From NCBI GenBank assembly GCA_043804515.1, contig JAZDIZ010000084.1:1-40356 (forward strand): a stretch of DNA of 40,356 bases, in the 5' to 3' direction. Below, one piece after another: positions 27,576 to 35,966 of this stretch. A program made the position numbers and the translations under genes. The notes below the pieces were generated by a model. The model had not been told where the DNA came from. It did no database searches and saw only the letters and a list, made by a program, of their open reading frames with translations. Each line of letters opens with the position of its first letter. The first letter of the stretch is position 1. This DNA comes from Pseudomonadota bacterium. GTDB taxonomy: Bacteria > Bdellovibrionota_G > JALEGL01 > DATDPG01.

Positions 27576-28724
27576 TTACCGACTCAGATCCTTCGTGATG
27601 TTCTTCTGATGGGCTTCCACCGTGCCGCCGCCGATTTCCAGGAGCTTGGCGTCCCGCCAGAAGCGTTCCACTTGATATTCCCGGCAATAACCGTATCCGC
27701 CCAGAACCTGGATAGCGCTGTCCGCCACTTCCTTGGCCGCTGTTGAGGAAAACAACTTGGCGGCGTCGGTGTCCAGTCGGTTTTGCTTACCCTGGTCGGT
27801 GGAACGGGCCACCCGATAGATCAAGGCCCGCATCGCTTCGGTCTTGGCATAGGACTCCGCGATGTGGCGCTGGATCTGGCCGAATTGATTGAGCGTCTTT
27901 CCGAACGCCTTCCGTTCTCCGGCGTATTTCACCATCACCTCCAGACAGCGATCGGCGATTCCCAGGGAGATCGCGGAGAGGACCAGACGCTCCACCTCCA
28001 GATTCCGCATCATGTGCTTCAACCCCTCCCCTTCTTGGCCCAGGAGGTTTTCCACCGGAATCGGCACGTGGTCCAAACGGACTTCGGCCATGCTGGAGGA
28101 GCGCATACCGACCTTCGGGATCGGGAGACCGACCTCCACGCCGCGAAACCCGCGTTCCACCACGAACGATGTGATCCGATCGTTGACCTTGGCGTACAGG
28201 AAGAACAGCGCAGCTTCGGGCCCGTTCGTGATGAACATCTTGCTGCCGTCCAGAATGTAGGAATCTCCCTGTCGCACGGCCCGCGAGGTCATTCCCAAGA
28301 GGTCGGTGCCGGCCCCCGGCTCGGTCATGCAGAGTGCCCCGATCCACTCTCCGGTCAGGGACTTGGGAAGGTATTTTTTTCTTTGCTCCGCATTGGCGGA
28401 GTTGTTGAAGTTGCTGACGAACAGCACGGCATGGGCTGCGTACGCCATAGCGAAGCCCGCGTCGGCTTTGGCCAGTTCGTGGGTGATGATCACGGCGGCC
28501 GTCGTGTCCAACCCTGCCCCACCGTCGGCTTCCGGAACGGTCACACCCAGAACGCCCAGGTCGCCCACCTCCCGAAAGAGCGGGATGTTCAGATGCCCCT
28601 TCTCATCCTGCTCCTCGGCTTGAGGTGCGACGCGTTCCCTAGCGAATTTCCGAACCGTCTCCCGCAGCATGCGATACTCGGGGGTCGAATCACACCAACC
28701 ATCACTCCCGTTCAGGCCTTCCAT
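27576..28724 (-). CDS. ivd: Isovaleryl-CoA dehydrogenase-like acyl-CoA dehydrogenase
   Basis: [25 protein letters not shown] (catalytic Glu at the IVD position), [12 protein letters not shown] (no Glu at the MCAD position). Confidence 0.82.
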   Translation of the reverse strand: MEGLNGSDGWCDSTPEYRMLRETVRKFARERVAPQAEEQDEKGHLNIPLFREVGDLGVLGVTVPEADGGAGLDTTAAVIITHELAKADAGFAMAYAAHAVLFVSNFNNSANAEQRKKYLPKSLTGEWIGALCMTEPGAGTDLLGMTSRAVRQGDSYILDGSKMFITNGPEAALFFLYAKVNDRITSFVVERGFRGVEVGLPIPKVGMRSSSMAEVRLDHVPIPVENLLGQEGEGLKHMMRNLEVERLVLSAISLGIADRCLEVMVKYAGERKAFGKTLNQFGQIQRHIAESYAKTEAMRALIYRVARSTDQGKQNRLDTDAAKLFSSTAAKEVADSAIQVLGGYGYCREYQVERFWRDAKLLEIGGGTVEAHQKNITKDLSR

Positions 28725-30823
28725 TTCTTGTCTCCTCTTTTCTCAGCCAAGGCATCGAGAGGGCGGACCCAAAACAGGGATTGACCTGTTTGTACCTCTT
28801 GGCCGTCGGTCACCAAAATCCGATCGATCACACCTGTCGTGGGCAACCCCTCATCGCCGTACGTGATCTGGTTGAAACACTTCATCACTTCCACAAGTCC
28901 CAATACGGTTCCCGTCCGGACCTCATTTCCCACGTCCACATAGGCCGGATCGTCAGGGCTCGGACGACGGTAAAACACGCCGTGGGTGGGGGACCGGACG
29001 GCGAGAAGACCTTCGGGGACTTTGTCTTCGACTTTCGGCTCAGGGGGCCGCGTCGTGGGGTCGGGTTCTCCCGCCGGGACGCAAGGGCGGACCACCCCAC
29101 GGGTCAGAACGGCGAGATCATGGAGGGACCAGATCCGCGGGTTCTTCACGCGTCGGTATCCGATTCCCTGGTAACAGGCCTCCACGATCACTTCCAGGTA
29201 GGTCCGGATCTCGTGCATCGCCACGATCTCGTCCGTATCCATTTGGCAGGCGGTTCGGTACGGATCCATGTCTTGCGTGATCCGGTCTTCCATCGATTTC
29301 ATCTCCGCCTCGATCCCCGCCCGTTCTTTCGGGTCTTGCGTAAGAATGCGGAAATTATCGTCGAGCTTTGTGTTGAAGGCGCCGATCGTCAGCGTTCGCC
29401 CCTCCATCACTCCCAGCCGCGTGATCGGTGTCGACAGCTGCAGGACGGGATCGTAGGGCATCCCCGCCATGGCGTAATAGCCGGCGCCGGAGGCTTTGCG
29501 AAGCAGGACGGTAATCATCGGTGTTTTGACCGTGGAGTTGGTGTAGATCAGGTTCGAGCCGAACCCGAGCAGGCCTTCCTGTTCGGCCTCCAAGCCGATG
29601 TCGAACCCCGAGATGTCCTGCAGCCACACGATCGGGACGCCGTCATCGTTCAGAGTGCGGGCGAACGTGGAGATCTTCGCGATCCCCTCTCGATACAAAA
29701 TGCCTCCCGGGCGCATCTGGCCCGGCTTGTTCGGGTGGGGGGTCAGCCGCTGGTTGTTGGCGATCAGACCCACGTACAGTCCGCCGATCCGCGCCACGCC
29801 GGTCACCATCTCTTGGCCGGTATGATCCAATACCTCGTCGAACAGGGAGTGATCCACCAGCCGGGCGATCACCTCGCGGATGTCGTACGCCACGCGATAA
29901 TCCCGCGGAAAAATGCCGGCGATCTCTTCCGGAGAGAACCGGGGAGGGGCCGGATCGGCGCCGTATCGGTAGTAAGGTGCCGCGGAGGTCGGCAGAGAGG
30001 AAATCTCGGCGCGGATTTTCCGGATCAGTGCCGTATCATCCGGCACGCGCTCGTCCGCGCAACTCGAGACGTGCACGTGAACGTCGGGCCCTCCGATGGT
30101 GAGCGAGGTGATGTTCTGGGACTTCCCCCCTTTGATCAGGGCGGCCCCGGCAATCACCATGTAGGCCTGTTCGGTCATGTAGACCTTGTCCGAGATGATC
30201 GGCATGTAGCCGCCCCCCGCGATGCAATCGCCGAACACGCCCGCGATTTGCGGGACCTGGGCGTCCGACAGGAGGGAGTTCATGGAGAAAATCTTGCCCG
30301 CACCGGTTTTCCCGGGGAATGTGCGGGCCTGCTCCGGAAGGAAGAGCCCCGAACAATCCACCAGATAGACCACGGGGATTCTCAAGCGGAGCGCAATCTC
30401 CTGGGCCCGTTCGATCTTTTCCGGGGTGCGCGGCCACCAGGAGCCCGACGCCACCGTATTATCGTTCGCGATCACGATGACGTACCGGTTCAAGACACGC
30501 ACGAAGGCGGTGATCACCCCGGCGGCCGGGGAGGAGCGGCCGGCCCCGTCCCCGAACGTGACGCCGTAGTTCGCGAACGTCCCGACGGCAAAGACCGGCG
30601 TGCCGGGGTCTTTCAGGGCTTCGATCCGATCCCAGGTCGTGAGCTTTCCCTTGGCCCGCACCCGATCGACGTAGGTCTTCCCCCATCCCGCGTTCACCTC
30701 GGCCCGGCGCTCGAACAACAGCCGGTTCAAGGCGGTCATCCGCTCGCGGTTCGCCTGGTAATCCCCCGCAGGGAGCGCCTTCTCGATCGGATTTCCTATG
30801 AAGTGAAGACGAACCTTTGCCAT
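28712..30823 (-). CDS. Acyl-CoA carboxyltransferase fused to a C-terminal biotin carboxyl carrier domain
   Basis: CT motifs [43 protein letters not shown]. Pro-rich linker, then [15 protein letters not shown]...VEVMKCFN biotinylation motif. Confidence 0.9.
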   Translation of the reverse strand: MAKVRLHFIGNPIEKALPAGDYQANRERMTALNRLLFERRAEVNAGWGKTYVDRVRAKGKLTTWDRIEALKDPGTPVFAVGTFANYGVTFGDGAGRSSPAAGVITAFVRVLNRYVIVIANDNTVASGSWWPRTPEKIERAQEIALRLRIPVVYLVDCSGLFLPEQARTFPGKTGAGKIFSMNSLLSDAQVPQIAGVFGDCIAGGGYMPIISDKVYMTEQAYMVIAGAALIKGGKSQNITSLTIGGPDVHVHVSSCADERVPDDTALIRKIRAEISSLPTSAAPYYRYGADPAPPRFSPEEIAGIFPRDYRVAYDIREVIARLVDHSLFDEVLDHTGQEMVTGVARIGGLYVGLIANNQRLTPHPNKPGQMRPGGILYREGIAKISTFARTLNDDGVPIVWLQDISGFDIGLEAEQEGLLGFGSNLIYTNSTVKTPMITVLLRKASGAGYYAMAGMPYDPVLQLSTPITRLGVMEGRTLTIGAFNTKLDDNFRILTQDPKERAGIEAEMKSMEDRITQDMDPYRTACQMDTDEIVAMHEIRTYLEVIVEACYQGIGYRRVKNPRIWSLHDLAVLTRGVVRPCVPAGEPDPTTRPPEPKVEDKVPEGLLAVRSPTHGVFYRRPSPDDPAYVDVGNEVRTGTVLGLVEVMKCFNQITYGDEGLPTTGVIDRILVTDGQEVQTGQSLFWVRPLDALAEKRGDKKWKA

Positions 30824-30839
30824 CTCTTTCCCTTATATT

Positions 30840-32189
30840 TCAAACACCCATCTCCGAAAGCAGCCCGGTATGATATTGGCCTGAAACAAAACGGGAGTCG
30901 GCCAGGATCTTCAGGTGCAGCGGAATCGTGGTCTTGATCCCCGCAATGTCAAAACCCTTGAGAGCTCGCGTCATCCCGCGAATCGTGGTTTTGCGATCGG
31001 GCGACCAGACGATCAGCTTGGAGATCAACGAATCGTAGTACATGGGGATTTCGGCGCCCGCGGTGATGTGCGTGTCCAGCCGGAGTGCCCCGTCCGGCAA
31101 GGAGTCGGGGGGGTTGAATCGTTCCACCCGCCCCGGGCTGGGGCGAAAACCATTGAACGGATCTTCCGCGTTGATCCGGCATTCCAGGGCGTGTCCCCGG
31201 AGCGTCACCCGGCCCTGCTCAATCGACAGCGGATGGTTCGCCGCCAAGGCGATCTGCTCTTTGACAATGTCGATCCCGGTGCGCATTTCGGTGACCGGAT
31301 GCTCCACCTGCAGGCGGGTGTTTACCTCCATAAAATAGAGACGTGCCTCCGGGTCGCGCAGGAACTCCATCGTGCCCGCCCCCACGTATCCAAGGCCGGC
31401 CACCGCACACCGCACTTTTTCGCCCATTTCCGTTCGGGTGGCCTCATCGATGGCCGGCGAAGGGGACTCTTCGATCAACTTCTGGTGATGCCTTTGCACC
31501 GAGCACTCCCGTTCCCCCAGATGAACCGCCTGGCCATACGCATCGCCGAGGAACTGGAACTCGATATGCCGTCCCTGCTCGATAAACTTCTCTACATAGA
31601 GCCCTGCGTTTCCGAACGCCTTCTGGGCTTCCAGGGCGGCCTCACGGAACAGGCTCTCGAGGGACCCCTCCTCCTGGCAGATCCGCATCCCCTTCCCTCC
31701 CCCGCCGGCGGTGGCCTTCAGGACCACGGGGAAGCCGAACTTCTTGGCCAAAGCCAGGGCGTCCTCGGGACGGGCCACAAGGCCTTCCGATCCCGGCACG
31801 ACGGGGATCCCGGCTGCCGCCATCGTTCGCCGTGCCGTGGCCTTGTCTCCCATCAGCGCGATCACGCGGGAGGAGGGCCCCACGAACGTGAACCGGTGCT
31901 GGCGGCACAATTCCGCGAACAGAGCGTTTTCGGAAAGAAAACCGTATCCCGGATGGATCGCCTTGGCATCGGTGCGCTCGGCCGCCTCAAGGATGGCCTC
32001 CATGTTGAGGTAGCTTTCCTGGCTGGAAGGGCCGCCGATGCAGACGGACTGGTCCGCGTCCCGGACATGCTTGGCCTCCCGGTCCGCCGTGGAATAGACG
32101 GCCACGGTTTCGATCTTCATCTCCCTGCACGAGCGGATGATGCGGCAGGCGATTTCTCCGCGGTTCGCTATGAGGATTCTCCTGAACAT
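30840..32189 (-). CDS. accC: Biotin carboxylase subunit (AccC-like, stand-alone)
   Basis: ANRGEIA, HPGYGFLSEN, GGGGKGMR, RECSVQR.HQK, FMEVNTRLQVEHPVTE, ECRINAED, YYDSLISK. No biotin domain. Confidence 0.92.
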   Translation of the reverse strand: MFRRILIANRGEIACRIIRSCREMKIETVAVYSTADREAKHVRDADQSVCIGGPSSQESYLNMEAILEAAERTDAKAIHPGYGFLSENALFAELCRQHRFTFVGPSSRVIALMGDKATARRTMAAAGIPVVPGSEGLVARPEDALALAKKFGFPVVLKATAGGGGKGMRICQEEGSLESLFREAALEAQKAFGNAGLYVEKFIEQGRHIEFQFLGDAYGQAVHLGERECSVQRHHQKLIEESPSPAIDEATRTEMGEKVRCAVAGLGYVGAGTMEFLRDPEARLYFMEVNTRLQVEHPVTEMRTGIDIVKEQIALAANHPLSIEQGRVTLRGHALECRINAEDPFNGFRPSPGRVERFNPPDSLPDGALRLDTHITAGAEIPMYYDSLISKLIVWSPDRKTTIRGMTRALKGFDIAGIKTTIPLHLKILADSRFVSGQYHTGLLSEMGV

Positions 32190-32190
32190 T

Positions 32191-32979
32191 CTAGGCGCGC
32201 CAGGACGGTTTGCGTTTCTGAAGGAAACTCCTCATGCCCTCCTGTCCTTCGGAACCGCACCGGAGATCCGTGATCATCCGGGCGGTTTCCGTGACCGCTT
32301 TCTTAAGTGGCATTTCGGCCATCTGACCGAGCATTCGCTTGCACATGGCCAGGGCCTGCGGCGCTCCTTCCAGGAACGTTTTCAGATATCCGTCCACGGC
32401 GGCATCCAGCCCTTCCGCGTCCGCCACGCGGTTGATCAAGCCGCACTCCCTCGCCTGATGCGCCGAGAGGCGTTCCCCGGTCATGAAATACTCGCGGGCG
32501 TAGCGCTCCCCTACGCGTTTTAGGACGTAAGGGGAGATGCAGGCGGGCACAAGACCGATCTTCACTTCCGAGAAACCGAAGACCGCGTCGCCGGCCGCCA
32601 CGCTGACGTCGCAGACCGCCACGAATCCGACCCCCCCGCCGATGGCGGGCCCGTTGATCCGGCCCACGAGCGGCACGGGAAACTCGTACATTTCGTTAAG
32701 GAGTTCCGCCAGCGCCAGCGAGTCGGCATAGCTCTCCTCCTTCGTGTAATCCACCACCCGCCCCATCCAGTGGAGATCCGCTCCGGCACAGAAACTCGAT
32801 CCCTCCCCGGTCAGGACCGCCGCGCGCAGTCCATCGAGGGCGCGCAGCGAACGGAAAGCTTCCCTGAGTTCCCGGATCATGACGTCGTTGAAGGCGTTCC
32901 GAACGTCGGGGCGCGACAAAGTCACGCGGGCGACGGGAACGGCGGGACTCACGCGGATGGTCTCGAAATCCCACCCCAT
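32191..32979 (-). CDS. Crotonase family, methylglutaconyl-CoA hydratase (LiuC)-like
   Basis: RPDVRNAFND, FCAGADL.WM, AIGGGVG (first Glu absent), FSEVKIGLVPACISPYV, EGQEG..SFLQKRKPSW. Confidence 0.85.
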   Translation of the reverse strand: MGWDFETIRVSPAVPVARVTLSRPDVRNAFNDVMIRELREAFRSLRALDGLRAAVLTGEGSSFCAGADLHWMGRVVDYTKEESYADSLALAELLNEMYEFPVPLVGRINGPAIGGGVGFVAVCDVSVAAGDAVFGFSEVKIGLVPACISPYVLKRVGERYAREYFMTGERLSAHQARECGLINRVADAEGLDAAVDGYLKTFLEGAPQALAMCKRMLGQMAEMPLKKAVTETARMITDLRCGSEGQEGMRSFLQKRKPSWRA

Positions 32980-32983
32980 GGCG

Positions 32984-33373
32984 TTAGATCGTGACCGCTT
33001 TGAATCCGTAGTTGATGACACCGCCGGCTCCGTCCTGCGTGATCCGCCGGAACTCCAACTGGACGCGTTGACCGATCTGAAATTCCCCCTCGCGCCAATC
33101 GGCGATCTGCGTCGTGACCCGGGGACCGTCGTCCATTTCCACGACGGCCAGGGCGTAGGGGGTCTGATCCTTGAACGGACCGGGTGGGACGCGGATGATC
33201 GTCCACGTCAGGATCTTTCCCGTGCGGCGCATGGTCTTCGTGGAGAACTTCTCGCCGCGGCATTTGTCGCAGACCGTGCGGCGCGGGAAGTGCCACTTGC
33301 CGCAGCCGTCGCAAACGGCCGCCTCATATCGGTAACGATGCGGATACTCCCGCCAGGCTCTTGCGATGGGCAT
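32984..33373 (-). CDS. DUF35 Zn-ribbon / OB-fold acyl-CoA-binding protein
   Basis: CDGCG..HFPRR.VCDKC, GKILTWT, PYALAVVEMDDG, INYGFK. Confidence 0.92.
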   Translation of the reverse strand: MPIARAWREYPHRYRYEAAVCDGCGKWHFPRRTVCDKCRGEKFSTKTMRRTGKILTWTIIRVPPGPFKDQTPYALAVVEMDDGPRVTTQIADWREGEFQIGQRVQLEFRRITQDGAGGVINYGFKAVTI

Positions 33374-33374
33374 C

Positions 33375-34532
33375 TTATCTCGCCTCCATGATGTGAACGA
33401 CGGCACTGGCTCCCGTGCCGCCCATGTTCTGGGTCATCCCCACACGGGCGTCGCGGACCTGCCGGGCGCCCGCCTCTCCCCGCAGCTGCTCGACGATCTC
33501 GACCGCCTGGGCCACGCCGGTGGCGCCCACGGGATGGCCCTTGGACTTCAGGCCACCGCTGGTGTTGACCGGGATCCGGCCGCCGAGTTTTGTCTCGCCG
33601 GCCACGGTGGCGTGGCCCCCATGCCCTTTTTCGACGAGCCCGAGGGCTTCCACGGCCATGATCTCGGCGATCGTGAAGCAGTCGTGCACCTCGCACAGCT
33701 GGATGTCGCCCGGCTTCCTGCCGGCCATGGCATAGGCGCGCCGGGCCGCCTCGGTCACGGATTGCAGGGCGCAGAGATCGCTCCGATCGTGCAGCGCCAT
33801 CGTGTCCGTGGCTTGGCCGACCCCGGTGATGAAAACCGGCCGCCGGGTCTTTGAGATCTTGATCTTCTCGGCCGCACAGAGCACGACCGCGGCCGCGCCG
33901 TCCGAAATGGGGGAGCAGTCCAGCACGTGCAGAGGATCGGCCACCATCACCGATTTCAGGACCTCCTCGACGGTGATCCTTCCGGGAAATTGGGCACGCG
34001 GGTTCTTCGCGCCGTTTTCGTGGTTTTTGACCGCCACGGACGCAAGCTGCTCGGAGGTCGTGCCGTACCGGTGCATGTGCGCCTTGGCCATCATCGCATA
34101 CAAACCGGGGAACGTCGCTCCCTGAAATGCTTCCCACTCCTGGTCCGAGGCGGTCGCCAGCGCGAACGTGGCCTTGTCGCCCCCCACGTCCGTCATTTTC
34201 TCGACCCCCCCCACCAGCACCACGTCATGAACGCCGCTGGCCACCTCCATGAACCCCGCCCGTAACGCCGCGCCGCCCGACGCGCACGCCGACTCAACGC
34301 GCGTTGCCGGGATCGATTTCTGACCCAGGTTGTCCGCCAGAAGCGCCCCGAGGTGCTCCTGTCCCACAAAGAGGCCGCCCGACATGCACCCTACGACCAT
34401 CGAGTCGACCCGATCGATTCCCGCGTCCTTCATCGCCGCCAGGGCCGCCTCGACGAAAAGAGTCCGCAGCGACCGGGTCCAGAGCTCCCCGAAGGCCGTG
34501 CTTCCTACTCCGACAATCGCAACCTCTCGCAT
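33375..34532 (-). CDS. Archaeal-type acetoacetyl-CoA thiolase
   Basis: [45 protein letters not shown]. Lies between HMGS and DUF35. Confidence 0.92.
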   Translation of the reverse strand: MREVAIVGVGSTAFGELWTRSLRTLFVEAALAAMKDAGIDRVDSMVVGCMSGGLFVGQEHLGALLADNLGQKSIPATRVESACASGGAALRAGFMEVASGVHDVVLVGGVEKMTDVGGDKATFALATASDQEWEAFQGATFPGLYAMMAKAHMHRYGTTSEQLASVAVKNHENGAKNPRAQFPGRITVEEVLKSVMVADPLHVLDCSPISDGAAAVVLCAAEKIKISKTRRPVFITGVGQATDTMALHDRSDLCALQSVTEAARRAYAMAGRKPGDIQLCEVHDCFTIAEIMAVEALGLVEKGHGGHATVAGETKLGGRIPVNTSGGLKSKGHPVGATGVAQAVEIVEQLRGEAGARQVRDARVGMTQNMGGTGASAVVHIMEAR

Positions 34533-34541
34533 GGGAGCCTC

Positions 34542-35594
34542 CTACTCGGCTTTGAGAATCTTGTGACGGAACTTAGCGTACTCGCCGTATTCCAGATGGA
34601 TCCGGTTTTCGTCCAGGAGCTTGCGCGTCGCAACCGCTAGGCCTTGTGCCTTCGGGAGCCGATCCGTAGCCGTGAAGATGAAGGCGTCGCTTCCGGCGCC
34701 CGACCCGTACGAGCACATGAAGATCCGGTCCCCCGGCTTGGCGACGTCGAGAATGGCGGTGAGCCCCAACGGGGACGCCCCGGAGTACGTGTTTCCCAGC
34801 GTGGGGACCAGCCAGCCGGTGAGGACCTGCTCCCGGGAAAAGCCGAGGAGCTTCCCGGCCCGCATGGGGAATTTCCCGTTCGGCTGGTGGAACACGGCGA
34901 ACGCGAAGTCCTTCGGCCCGGTCCCGGTCTTCTCCATGAGCGCCCTCGAAGCCCCGAGAACCGTCCGGAAGTAGGCCGGCTCCCCCGTGAAGCGCCCCCC
35001 GTGTTGCGGATAATATTGATACTCGCGGCGCCAGAAATCGGGCGTGTCGGTCGTGAACGAGTGGGTGGCGTCCATCGTGGCCAGGATCTCTTCCGAACCC
35101 ATGAGGAAGGCCGCCGCCCCGGCCGAGGCCGAGTACTCCAGCGCGTCGCCCGGAGCCCCCTGGGACGTGTCGGCGCCGATCGCCAGCCCCACCTTGATCC
35201 TCCCCGATTCGACCAGGCCGGCCGCGACGAATATCGCCTCGGAGCCGGCCTTGCACGCGAACTCGAAATCGGCCACATGGCAATGGGGCGTCGCCCCGAT
35301 CGCTTCCCCCACCACCGTGCCGCTCGGCTTGACGGCATAGGGGTGCGATTCGGAACCCGTGTAGATCGCCCCGATGTCGGCTGGTTTCACGTGGGGAGCG
35401 CGCAGGAGCGCGTTGCGCGCCGCCTCAACGGACATCGTGATGACATCCTGATCCGGTGCGGGAACCGACTTCTCATGAAGCTCAAGCCCCCGTTTGTAGC
35501 TCGGCGCATCCGCCCCCCACACCTTGGCGATCTCCTCCACACGAATTCGGTACCGGGGGATATACGCACCGTACCCGACGACTCCCACGCGCAT
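34542..35594 (-). CDS. Archaeal-type hydroxymethylglutaryl-CoA synthase
   Basis: GYGAYIPRYRI, GSESHPYAVKP, EFACKAG (catalytic Cys), FHQPNGKF (His), GNTYSG, SYGSGAGSDAF. Confidence 0.92.
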   Translation of the reverse strand: MRVGVVGYGAYIPRYRIRVEEIAKVWGADAPSYKRGLELHEKSVPAPDQDVITMSVEAARNALLRAPHVKPADIGAIYTGSESHPYAVKPSGTVVGEAIGATPHCHVADFEFACKAGSEAIFVAAGLVESGRIKVGLAIGADTSQGAPGDALEYSASAGAAAFLMGSEEILATMDATHSFTTDTPDFWRREYQYYPQHGGRFTGEPAYFRTVLGASRALMEKTGTGPKDFAFAVFHQPNGKFPMRAGKLLGFSREQVLTGWLVPTLGNTYSGASPLGLTAILDVAKPGDRIFMCSYGSGAGSDAFIFTATDRLPKAQGLAVATRKLLDENRIHLEYGEYAKFRHKILKAE

Positions 35595-35966
35595 ACAGGG
35601 TCTCCTTTGAATCTCCGAAGCGCGATACGTGTAACCTCTCCGCCAGAGGAGTGCAAGGAATCGAGGGACGGATATGGGCCTGATCTCCCCTCAGAACCGA
35701 CACTTGGGCGTTGTACCGGAACACAATTCATTTCCCCGTCGTGCAAACCACTCACTTGTCCGCTTGAATAATCACGGTGCTTTTCCAAGGCCTCCGGATC
35801 GCGGATTTCAATAACGTCCGTCCCGTGAACGATTCCGGCTGTACGGTGTTACGCAGTTGCATTGGGCATCCCCCGCGTGCAGCCGGTAATACCCTGGGTT
35901 ACCGCGGGCCTATTTGCGTTCAGTCGTGTGTGTCCGGATTGAGCCGTGTTAAAATGATTTCACATT

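Noticed and set aside
28781..32273. 718-aa and 452-aa plus-strand ORFs
   Set aside because: Antisense shadows of the carboxyltransferase and biotin carboxylase genes.
32984..35594. PhlABC-type (DAPG) acetyltransferase cluster
   Set aside because: The HMGS retains its catalytic Cys/His motifs and no type III PKS is in the window.
35740..35930. Possible c-di-GMP-I riboswitch (GCAAACC ... GCCTCCGG fragments)
   Set aside because: I could not build the GNRA-capped P2 and P3 stems at the correct spacing. An Rfam cmscan would settle it.
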